A stretch of DNA of 63,994 nt, counting the filler, from Reticulomyxa filosa (taxonomy: Eukaryota; Protista; Foraminifera): the NCBI GenBank assembly GCA_000512085.1. It is 20 parts of 20 records of this genome, joined end to end, with 100 filler letters (N's around TTAATTAATTAA, not from the genome) between each part and the next. Parts side by side here need not be neighbours in the genome. Positions count along the whole stretch, not along the records: positions 53,291 to 55,331 come from ASPP01019005.1; positions 55,432 to 56,783 come from ASPP01045334.1; positions 56,884 to 58,114 come from ASPP01014394.1; positions 58,215 to 59,214 come from ASPP01045065.1; positions 59,315 to 62,866 come from ASPP01007254.1; positions 62,967 to 63,994 come from ASPP01026403.1; 14 more parts are not named here. One strand, written 5' to 3'. Each line of letters opens with the position of its first letter. Within the stretch, counting starts at the first letter, position 1. The notes under the pieces are model-generated. The model was not told the origin of the DNA, made no database searches, and was given only the letters and a program-made list of their open reading frames with translations. Of this stretch, positions 53,291 to 63,994 are shown in pieces. The position numbers were made by a program, and so were the translations under genes.

Positions 53291-54441
53291 AACGATTTTT
53301 GTACTAAATTTGTTACTAATTATGTTAGCTCATTTGTTCACTTTTTTTAAAATATCAATCAAAATATTCAAATGTTTATTTAACATAGGTGTATACTATC
53401 TTCATGTTTGACACATTTCGTTCATCATCCAAATTAATCAATACATTTACTGGACATACAGACTCTGTGTGGAGTATTGATTATTCAATACTTGATGATT
53501 GTCAATTCATTTGTTCTGGATCAGATGATAAAACAATTCGTGTATGGGATGTTGATAACAACAAACAAATTCAATCATTCAATGGACATTCATCTGATGT
53601 GAAATTTTCATTATATCATTATCATAATAATCACCAAAATGTCATTTGCTTTTCATCATATGACGACATTCATTTTTGGGATTTCAAATATAATAAACAA
53701 TTGCAAATATTCAATGGACACACTTCGTGGATTAGTGGCCTTGAATTCTCACCATTTAATGGTGGTAGATATTTATGTTCTGGATCATGGGACAAAACAA
53801 TTCGTTTATGGGATGTTGAAACATCAAAATCATTACATGTTTTCAATGGACATGAAGATGCTGTTTGGTGTGTTGATATTTCACCATTACAAATCAATAA
53901 TAACAATGATAATAAAGTGAATAATATTGGTGTGATTGGTGGAAATGGATATACAATTTGTTCTGGATCATTTGATGAAACCATTCGAATATGGGATATT
54001 GAGACAATCAAACAGTTCAATGTATTCAAAGGGCATACAGGCTATTTGAGGAGCGTAAAATATGGATCAAATGAATTAACAAATACAATATTATCTGGAT
54101 CATTTGATAAAAGTGTTCGTTTGTGGGATATTCGATCTGGTCAACAAATTCAAGTGTTCAATGGACACAATGACTGGGTGTATGCTGTTGAATATTCACC
54201 ATTTGTGATAAAGAATAGTAGTGGTAATTCGAATGTGATATGTTCTGGATCGGATGATAATACAATTCGCTTTTGGGATATTCGATCAAATAAGAATGAA
54301 TTGTATATTATCAAAGGAGATGATGGAATATTCTGTCTTAAATTTATTGGATTGAAAAAGAAAGAGACGACTAATAATATTGCATATGATTTAAATTTGT
54401 GTTATGGTTCAAAAAAAGGTTCCATTCGTATTTGGGGATAA
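53291..54441 (+). CDS. WD40-repeat protein (same family as 10657), 5' truncated, intact frame
   Basis: 350-aa exon with six clear WD repeats ending GSIRIWG*, preceded by an intron (~53324-53388) and an exon end FVTNY. Confidence 0.93.
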
Positions 54442-54824
54442 TTTATTTTTTGTCGAATAAGAAATGAAAATGTTTTTTCTTTGAAAAGTTTGATAAAAAG
54501 AAAAGTAAGGTGATATTACTTGTTTAATTTGATTGAATGCAGGCATTGAAAAATGTGTAATATCTTACTTTGTTGTTTAAAAAATTTAAAGAGTTGCATT
54601 CAATGTTTTTTAAAAATTCAATGGCATTACAAATGAAAATTATATTCAAATTGCAAGATATTTTAAGCATTGAGCTTTCTTCATTGCAAATCACTACTGA
54701 TTTTTTTTAAACTGTTATTTTTTATATAGTATCAAATACTTAAAACAGGATAAAGTAAAAAGGACAGCAGGGTACATTATCAAAAATAACATTTTCTCCT
54801 GAAGCAGAATGAATGATCAGTAAT

Positions 54825-55331
54825 TCAAAAGAATGAAATCAGATGAAGATCCTCCAGTACCTCATGAATAGTTCTCTTAAGATACCACACTCTAAGCTGT
54901 ATCTCTGTGACATTAGCTTCATTTAGTGATTGCTGTTTGGAGAACAAATTACATGATGAAAATATTAAATTATTGATTAAATCACCATAATCTGCTTGAA
55001 TCTTTTCCAATAATCTTTCCTTTCCTTTCAAACTAGGTGGTTTCACAATGATGATTTCATATTTCTGTAATTCTGTTGCCAAATTTCTAATTTCAACACT
55101 ATTCATTGCATTTTCACTCCTTTCTCTCAAACCTTTAATACTCTTTGCAAGTCGTCTTATTTGTTTGCTTTCAATTCATTAGACAATCCAGATTTTTATT
55201 GAATATAAACACTGATAGTTGTTATCTTCATCATATTCAATTGATAATCCTGTCCCCTTCACAAAATAGCAGCATTTCATTATTTTCTATATTCTTTTCT
55301 TCATTTGCGTTCATCTTTTTTTGTCCTTGTC
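54825..55331 (-). pseudogene. Disrupted coding-like fragment, unknown
   Basis: 101-aa helical ORF preceded by broken coding-like sequence. Confidence 0.3.
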
Positions 55332-56945
55332 NNNNNNNNNNNNNNNNNNNNNNNNNNNNNNNNNNNNNNNNNNNNTTAATTAATTAANNNNNNNNNNNNN
55401 NNNNNNNNNNNNNNNNNNNNNNNNNNNNNNNAATACAAGATCAAAAGAGTCAGTTTAAGGCCAAGTGAAAACTGCGACGATAACAATGGTGATAGTGTTA
55501 CATCAAGTAGTAATATGTCCTAATATAAAAAAATTAAATAAACAAGTATTTACATATAAACATATATTTTAAATGAAATATAAAAGTATGTTGGAAAATA
55601 ATGAATTAGCTATTTGTATCAATGAAGAAGTCTCAATAATTGGACAATAATCGTCGGAACTCATACAAATATATGAATAAATTGAATATAATGCAATGAT
55701 TTCTTTTTGATTTTATCCTTTTTTTTAGTTGGCAAAAGTATTTTCTTTTAACAAAAAAACTTAGCTAGAATAAAACTAATCAGAAAATAACATAAAAAGA
55801 AAATGCATTAAGCAAATACTAAATGTCATTGTATAATTCACAGCATCAAAAAAAGCAGATTTGACTTAGCTTTGTTGATATTTTATAATGTATATGCACT
55901 TGGTCTTCTATCAAATAAAATTACTATTGTTAAAGAAACAAAAAAGCAAGGCCCTTCTAATAGAATTTAAACAATGAGTTTTTGTGAAGCAAGAAGTTCA
56001 GTTCAAAAGGGAGCCTCTTTTGCCTTCTTTCGGTTTTTTACTGAAAAAAACTTAATTTCGGATTCTGTGACACGTTTTTGCAGACTTTTTAAACCAATTA
56101 CTGTCTCTCATTTTGTGGGCAAGTTTACTTTATTTAAATGATGCGATTTTACTGACCACACAATCTAAAGGATCTAATTAAATATATATGTGTTGATTGT
56201 AGATTATTCTCAAGTAGAAATAAGCATTGTATATTTTGTATGATCAGGTTAGTTTGATCCATTTTGATGAAAACCAAAAGTAGAATCAACATTGTTTTAA
56301 GTTATTTCGAAATAAGTAATTATTTTTAGAATTTTTTTCCTATGAAAAACAAATTTCGGTCTGATTCATGTGCTTACTTCCTCATTAATATAGAAACAGC
56401 TGAAAAAAAGTCAAAAACAAAGAGCTACGTCTAAGTAATAAAAATTGTGCAATTTTAAAGTTTTTCATTTTTACAATTTTGTTAAAAATAACAGAAAAAG
56501 AAAAAAATGTTTGGTCCTTTGTTTTTGAGTGTTCTATTTGGAGATATGCATTTGTTTATAATCATTGTTTATTATAAATTAATTTCAGATTTAGCATTTC
56601 GTAAAAGTAAAATAACATAAAAAAAGAGATAGAGTTTTATCATGTCAATGTTGCAAGTGAAAGAATGCCAAGCAGTAAAAGTAAAAAGCTTAAAAACTTT
56701 GCATTAGTTTAGATGATAAATTCTCTTTGTAATGATTTCAACTACGAGTTGTGTAATCATCTAAAGAAATATCAATCCACGTTNNNNNNNNNNNNNNNNN
56801 NNNNNNNNNNNNNNNNNNNNNNNNNNNTTAATTAATTAANNNNNNNNNNNNNNNNNNNNNNNNNNNNNNNNNNNNNNNNNNNNATGTAAAAAATTGTTCC
56901 TTTAGTTCAATGTGAAATGCAAAGGATTGACCTTGCGTAACACGC

Positions 56946-58114
56946 CTAACCATACAATCGTATATTGCCTTTACAAGATCCATAACACAAAGAATAGCAT
57001 CTGCTATAATTGTTTTCCTTCATTGCACTTTTCATCGATAGCCATTCAAAGCAAGCGATCCCTCCATCTTCCTTGACATTTCCTTTAATCTCATGCAATT
57101 GTGCATTGGTTCGACTATCCCAAAAGCGAATGGTGTTATCACTTGATCCAGAGCATATTATGTTGTAACCATTACGCGTAAATGGAGGATTAGTCACACA
57201 ATGAACAAAGTTTGTGTGACCTTTAAAAACATTGGTCGGTTTGCCAGTTCGAATGTCCCATAAAATAACAGTTTTATCATCTGATCCAGAACATATCCTA
57301 CAATCATTACCTGTTTCATTTTGACAATATGTTGCACTTCTGACCCAATTTTCATGTCCTCGAAAGACAGTCAATTGCTTGGTAGTTTGCACGTCCCATA
57401 AACAAATGGTGTTATCACTTGATCCAGAACAAATGGTATGTCCAGAGCCACCAATTACTCCGACGCCATTTTGCAATGATGAGAATTCAACACATAAGAC
57501 AAGGCCTGTATGTCCATTGAAAACATGTAATGATTTGGAGTTTCAACATCCCATAAGCGGATAGTTTTTCATCAGATCCAGAGCACAAATATCGACCATC
57601 ATCGAATGATGAAAATGCAATGCTGCAAACCGAAGCTGTATGTCCAGTGAATACTTGAAATTCTTTGGTCGTTTTGAAATCCCAAACTCGAATGGTTTTA
57701 TCATTGGACGCAGAGCCAATGATCGGAAGATTATAAGAAGGATATTGATGCTCCACAAATTTCACACAGCGCACACTGTCCGAGTGTCCACGAAAGATTT
57801 GAATGGATTTTGTTGTTGATCTGGCATCCCACACTCGAACTGTTTTATCATCTGATCCAGAACATATTAATTCACTTCCATTCACTGATAAGCAGTCAAT
57901 ACTTCTCACCCATTTTGAATGTCCAGAAAATGTGCCGATAAGTGTGGAGGAACAAAATAAGTCAAATGTTGAATTGAATACGCCATATTTTTCAGCATCT
58001 TGTTTTTGTTCTTGATAATGTTGATTCAATTGGATATCATTTTGTTTTGGAACAGATAACATTTGTCTTTCTTTCGATTGCAATTCTAATTTCAATTTCT
58101 CATTTTCTAATATC
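56946..58114 (-). CDS. Coiled coil + WD40 protein (divergent family member) with frameshifts
   Basis: GHSKWVRSID..CSGSDDKTVRVWD, GVIGGSGHTICSGS; ends GNIRLYG*. Frame breaks near 57565 and 57535. Confidence 0.85.
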
Positions 58115-58762
58115 NNNNNNNNNNNNNNNNNNNNNNNNNNNNNNNNNNNNNNNNNNNNTTAATTAATTAANNNNNNNNNNNNNNNNNNNNNNNNNNNNNN
58201 NNNNNNNNNNNNNNAAAAATCATATTTTTCATCAACCTAGAAAAAACTTATTATAAAAAATTTAATATTTAAAAACTACAAGATTAGCATATATTTAAAA
58301 AAAAAATTATGTTTAAATCTTTACTTTTCATTAAGAAAATCGATTCTCTTCATATAATACCATTTAGGTATGGCAGTTTTTTTACAATCTACTGTATTAT
58401 AAAGAGGCACAATATGTTTGCCATTTTTTCTTCAAACTACTGAAGGCGAAATGCAAAACAAAGAAGCGTGTTTTTCTCAAATTCTAAAAGAGATATAGTG
58501 TATTCCAAAATAGAGATATGAAAACGCCATGCAATTGTAATTTTGTTAAGTAAATGAAAAGGTTAAAATCACAAGAATGAATAATACTTTTTGCACTTGT
58601 TTAATTTTTAATTAAATTTTTACCTGAATAACATCTCAAAAAAAATTCAAGGCAAATCAAAAACAATCACTAATAAGCTACAAACACATTTTCCATCCTT
58701 AAATTTTATTTTTCCCGATGAAATTATTTTTTTTTCTATGCCATTGAAGCGAGTGTTTGGCG

Positions 58763-59214
58763 TCATCCCCACAATAAAATGGTTCCATCAAGAGAGCACG
58801 AAATGATGCTGTTACCATCGGGTGAAAAATCCACTCCTGTTACACTCCTAAAATGTTCACACAAGGTTTGTTTTGCCTGTCCTGATTTTGTATCCCATAT
58901 TCGGACCGATTTGTCCTTTGAACATGACACAACAGTTTGTGCATCCGATGAAAATTGTACATCATTCACTACATCTGTATGACCATCCAATATTTGAAGA
59001 TTCGTTCCGGATTGGACATCCCACAATCGAACTGTTTTGTCAGCTGAACAGGAGATAATTGTGCGATCATCTGGAGAAAATTGTACTACAATTACCTCAC
59101 CAAGATGTCCGCTCAACTCCTTCACTCTTTTGCTTGATTTCACATCCCATATTCCAATTGTGCAATCAGAAGAAGCTGATGCAATTATCTCGCCATTGTT
59201 AGAAAATTTCACAT
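58763..59214 (-). CDS. WD40-repeat protein C-terminus (GH..V..V.FSPD type, a second family)
   Basis: Four repeats such as GHLGEVIVVQFSPDDRTIISCSADKTVRLWD; ends TILLWG*. Confidence 0.92.
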
Positions 59215-59357
59215 NNNNNNNNNNNNNNNNNNNNNNNNNNNNNNNNNNNNNNNNNNNNTTAATTAATTAANNNNNNNNNNNNNNNNNNNNNNNNNNNNNN
59301 NNNNNNNNNNNNNNAAAAAAAATTTTTTTTTTTTTTTATTTTTTTTTTTTAAAAAAA

Positions 59358-60028
59358 ACCTCTATGTCTCGGAATGAATTTGTTCGGATCCAAAATGCTG
59401 TACATTACGTGCGACAACCAATATTCGGATTGATTCACCAAAGCCATTGTCTTTGGGAAAAACTTGGAAATTTGGCTGTCCAAACCATAACATCGCAATG
59501 TCACCGTCGGCCACTTTTTGTCCCAATTGGTAATGCTTCCGTTTGGATACACGTCGTCCATCTGTGGCGCATAGTTGTACTTCTCCTCAAAGTCCAGGTA
59601 TTCTTGGTAGATCACTTCGTGGTTCTCTCTGAATTTCTTCGCAAACTCAAACTGTGCTGTGTCGTGCACTGCCTTTTCTGACGGCGGAAAAAAACGGGCT
59701 AAAAATACTGTAATTTCTACACTTAGGTCTGTCGAGGACATCCACATCCCACCTATTCCTGCTCCGATCGTGACCCATAGCATTAATATCATCTAGTTTT
59801 GTTTTATTTTTATCAATTGCTGTGTTTTGTGTGCAGAGTGGTTTTTTTTTTTTTTCCCCTCCTCTCTTTCCTTCAATCGTTGTCATATAGGAAGCTGTTT
59901 TGGCACAGAGCACACAAAACCCAAAGAGACAGGTATTTCAAGGTAATCAAGAAAAATAGGAATCCTCCTAATGCTGCTTTATTTCTATGGACTACCAAAA
60001 ATTGCGCGAGATTACGAAATTGAAGCAT
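59358..60028 (-). CDS. Aspartyl/asparaginyl beta-hydroxylase (AspH/LpxO-like Fe/2OG dioxygenase), 5' part
   Basis: N-terminal hydrophobic segments, FRENHEVIYQEY, DKKWPTVTLRCYG, FPKTMALV, MYSILDPNKFIPRHRG (first metal-binding His); cut at an intron and the contig end. Confidence 0.85.
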
Positions 60029-60980
60029 GTTTATCAATTTTCCTAATGTTGGACAATATTTTTTTTTATAAACCCAGTCTTTGTACGGTTGGCCTTCCTT
60101 ATCTCTCAGTTTTATGTCCTTACTAGAACGACAAAAGGTTATAAAGATTCAAAATGTTTTGATTATGTTATGTTTTTTATCACTTTGTAGGACGTCTGCT
60201 GATAAGACACTACATCAAATGTAATACGAAAAGTTTTACTCAAAAAGAGATATATTTTCGATAAAACAAAAGTAAATTAAGTAAATGGAAGATGAATAAC
60301 ACAATAAAAGAAAGAAAACAAACAAAGAGTAAAGAAAGGTTGGTGGAGAAGTTTAACACACTAGGCTCCTCAGCTCTTTCAGAGTTCAGTAATATATAGT
60401 AGGGACTTGCCCTACAACTTGAAGTTGGCTGATGAAAACAAAATATTCCATTAATTAGATGTTGTAATGAAGTGAATTCAAACTTGCAAATGTCGAGATG
60501 ATATTTTTTATTAACTTTTTAAACCAATTTAAAAATTTCATTTTATTGACACGTTTATATAAATCAATATTATTAAAATTGATTAAAGTTTGTTTTTGAT
60601 CAAGCTCAGTAATTTCAGTTAAATTATTCATATGTGCAAGTGGCTGTTTGAATAAATTTATGTTTTGTGCTTTCACAAAAAAGGTATGTTGCACACAATG
60701 TAAAATTATAAACGGTTTGATTTAACATATTTGAAACATACAACTTCAAAAAGAAAATTAGTTGACTTATGACTATTCTATATAAAATTAGTTTTAATAA
60801 CACACACGCACAATGTTTACATTATTGATATGTTATTTTGCTAATCAAGTAACAAGCTGCAAAAAAAATGGCTATTTTTTAGTTGCTTTTGCACACTGAG
60901 GAAGTACGTTGAACAAGTGTTTCAGAACGACCTCTGTAGTTGCCATTTTGAACTTTTGTGTTAGACAAACAGCATAAATT

Positions 60981-62815
60981 ATGGCAGTTCGTCCTGCTTC
61001 TCAATCGCATTCACAATCACAATCACAATCACAACCTAGAGACAGTGAACCCGATTTTTACGTTGGTGTCTTCGGTTCGTCTGCAGTTGGCAAGACATCG
61101 ATTGTTTCTCAGTTTGTTCACGGCGTGTTTCAGCAAGCTCACGACCCCACCATCGAAGGTGAAAGAAGTTTTTTTTAAAAATGTATCTTAGGCTGTGTGT
61201 AACTTGCGGTGTTTGAATACACGTACTGTAGATTCGTATCGAAAAATTTTTGCATTCGATGACAAGAGGTTGTTGCTGGACATTTTGGACACAGCAGGAC
61301 AAGAAGAGTTTGCATCTTTGCAAGACTCATGGATCCGTACACGTGATGCATTTTTGTTTGTAATCGCGTATGGAGATGTTCACTTTAACAAGTCGTGGAC
61401 TTGTCTCGAGCACTACGTAAGCAAGCTAATAAAATCGACGAATGGCAACATTGCGGCATTACCAATTGTTGTGGCAGCAACCCGAATTGACGAATATCCA
61501 CCAGAGCAATACGTTAATAACAATAAAAAATAATAATTGTTTTTCTCTGTTGGTCTTTTCGTACTTGTAATAAGACGTATACAAAACGGTGTTCCCCTCC
61601 CCCCCCTTTTTTCCTTAAAAAAAAAAAAAAAAAATTTTTTTTTTTGAAATAGGAAGCACAAAAAAAGATAGTGACACAGTTTATAAAAAATAATAACTTT
61701 GGGTATGTCGAGATCTCAGCGTCCAACAAAGAAAAAGTGAAGGAGTGCTTTATGCAGCTAGTGACACGCCAGAACGAAATGACACTGGCGATCGCCAGTA
61801 CCGACGTGAAGATGAACAACAATTCGGGACAGACATCGAAATGGCTACAAACAATCAACCTCTGTGGCAGCACCGTTAAGACCTGCAAACAGCGACTGGT
61901 TGGAGAAAGCCTGGAAATGGAGCAACAAATCGAACTTCAGCAACGACTGCGACTGAATCAAGTCCAAGAAAAGGATGTCCCTGTCGACAAAGTCTTGCTT
62001 CCGGTATTGTCATTGAAAGAATTTAACATTGTTCGCAAGTTCCGATGGGACATTTTGGTAAGGTCATTGATTTACGGACTGGTCTTGCCATTGCGGTTAT
62101 TATGGCAATTGATTGCATTTTGTTCTTTTTCGCCATCAATGTTTCGTTTTTATTTTTTTTTATCCTCGTTGTTGTTTATAATTATTAATTAATTAATTAT
62201 GACTCATTTTTTGTTAACGAAGAGATTATACGTATACAACAAACAAAAACAACAAATCCTACCCCCCCCCCCTAACTCACACACCCTCCTCCAGTCCTTA
62301 TGAACAACTATGGATAAAATACCCGCGTGACTTGGACTACACTCGACCAGAGGCAATTTCGTATGACTTGCTAGGGCTGGTAGTCGGTCGGAAAGAACTG
62401 GTCGTGTCCGAATCGACCAACGACAAAGAGAAACAAAAAGCGAGCGTGAAGAACTACATTTGGTTTTTGAACCAATCACGTGAACAACTGATCGAACGCT
62501 TTTTCTTGTTTTTAATTGCAAGTGGCGTCTTTGCATTGATTATCTATCACTTGTACTATGCCTCGAAATTTGTGTATTACGATGACAACGTATCCGTTGT
62601 TGAAACGGCAGGACCTTTTTGTCTGTATATTGTTTTCTGGGTGCTGTTCAGTGTATGGATCAGCTATGACGTTGTTATTGATCCTCCTCTGGCCTCGTGG
62701 CACAAATTGCTCGCTATCGAATTGTATTTTGGAGAGCACTTCGAGTATAAAGTCACTGCTGGAGAATACCTCTACGCCTACGAGCGCGCCAAATTGAGAC
62801 CAAAACAGTTCCCAA
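60981..62815 (+). CDS. Ras-family GTPase domain fused to a multi-pass membrane region, 3' truncated
   Basis: GSSAVGKT, HDPTIE|DSYRK, LDILDTAGQEEF, ATRID, EISAS. Phase-compatible introns 61159-61231, 61513-61652 and 62141-62294 continue the frame into at least three hydrophobic helices. Confidence 0.82.
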
Positions 62816-62825
62816 GTTATTTTCT

Positions 62826-62866
<41 letters not shown>

Positions 62867-62966
62867 NNNNNNNNNNNNNNNNNNNNNNNNNNNNNNNNNN
62901 NNNNNNNNNNTTAATTAATTAANNNNNNNNNNNNNNNNNNNNNNNNNNNNNNNNNNNNNNNNNNNN

Positions 62967-63994
62967 AACAGCAATGATTGGAGAGATTGGTATTTATGCA
63001 ATACTCTGTAAATTTTGTTCAAAATTATGTGAATTGATATGCATAATATTTTATAGTACAAATGACAATATATGGAAATCAAGTGACATTGATGATGAAT
63101 GCAAACCACATGGAGTAATTTGAGTGTTGAATTGATTGGACATAGATACCATTCACGAGAATATGTTAATTACATCAAATAGTGAATATTTGTATTGTTA
63201 ATACCAATCATTAACATTTAACTCTTGGATCCGTGCATTGAATATCAAACGAATAACAAAAATGTGGGCAATGTAATAACCGTGGACAAATGCGTATTTC
63301 AACATTTCATTGGGTGCAAGTAATCAAAAAATTCCATATTTGACACGTTGGATAAAGCAGCATTGTATTTGCAAGACTTGGATTTGAATTTGGTAAGTAG
63401 TGCATATCGTGCTTGGGCGAAAATACAAAATTGTTGGTTTAAAAATATGTATGGGCTACTCAATAATGGAATGACATGACATGGCAAAAATCACGTATTG
63501 CAATGATTCAACAGCGAAATGATCATTGGTCAAATGGATATGTGTTGGGCCCAGTTGTGCATTTGTAGTCATACATATGAATTCTCCTTGGTTAAATGCA
63601 ACTCTGAATCTGTTCAACCAAAATAATAGATATCAAAGATGGATCATTGTATATGTCATCACCAACTGCTTATCACTTCAGAAGTGAGCAAAATTGATAT
63701 GTATAATATTATTATTACACATACATGTTCGAGTTTATACGGTGTAAATGTGATGATGAGAGACTGTATTTTCACTTCACAATCTATATTTGGCATTGAA
63801 ATGTATATCCAATCGCAAGATAATATCAAAATAACTATGCTATTACAAAGTGGCAGCAATTCAAATTTACAAAAAACTACATCTCAGCACAAACTGCTAT
63901 TGTTGTAGATATTCCATCCACATATTCCATAATTGTGATAATAACAAATTGTTAAATCCATTAATATATATAACAAATATTAATCGAAATGCAC
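62967..63994 (+). pseudogene. Degraded coding-like sequence, family unknown
   Basis: Complex, homopolymer-free sequence with protein-like pieces (FDTLDKAALYLQDL..AYRAWAK; QRNDHWSNGYVLGPVV) broken by stops in all frames. Confidence 0.3.

Noticed and set aside
55432-56783. Contig piece with no long ORF, examined for RNA genes
   Set aside because: AT-rich intergenic character. No tRNA or rRNA signature was seen here or elsewhere by eye; a covariance-model scan would be needed to exclude small RNAs.
8548-62966. Regularly recurring TTAATTAATTAA flanked by N runs, superficially a repeat array
   Set aside because: Identical 100-nt six-frame-stop linkers added when contigs were concatenated; not biological and not CRISPR.

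Overview
This is AT-rich, intron-rich eukaryotic nuclear DNA read with the standard genetic code. It is not one locus: 19 identical 100-nt artificial spacers (N44-TTAATTAATTAA-N44) join 20 short contig pieces, so adjacency only means something within a piece. The expanded near-identical WD40 family, RNF213-like remnant, PUB-like genes and poly-T/poly-A introns point to a rhizarian, most likely the foraminiferan Reticulomyxa filosa (inference, not a database match). Recognisable genes: an atypical T-x-H MAPK, a CaaX dual-specificity phosphatase, an SLC12 cotransporter, five WD40 genes or pseudogenes (one RING/TRAF-WD40), GH27 alpha-galactosidase, an ACBP-domain protein, an EF-hand/repeat/Tudor-like/CaaX protein, DUF4286, a UBR1-type E3, an RNF213-like fragment, an RS-rich protein, PP2C, PRPP synthetase, PEX14(-PUB), diphosphomevalonate decarboxylase ending in SRL, a PqiA-like protein, a CUE-PUB-like protein, PP2A B56, an AspH/LpxO-like hydroxylase and a Ras fused to a multi-pass membrane region. 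Many single-base frameshifts lie in homopolymers and are probably sequencing errors. Best candidates for new biology: (1) WD40 paralogues conserved except at ligand-face positions, a possible diversified recognition system; (2) the Ras-membrane fusion with activating-type substitutions; (3) PEX14-PUB next to a PTS1-bearing MVD; (4) the T-R-H MAPK beside a prenylatable phosphatase. Exon boundaries were placed by eye and are approximate.
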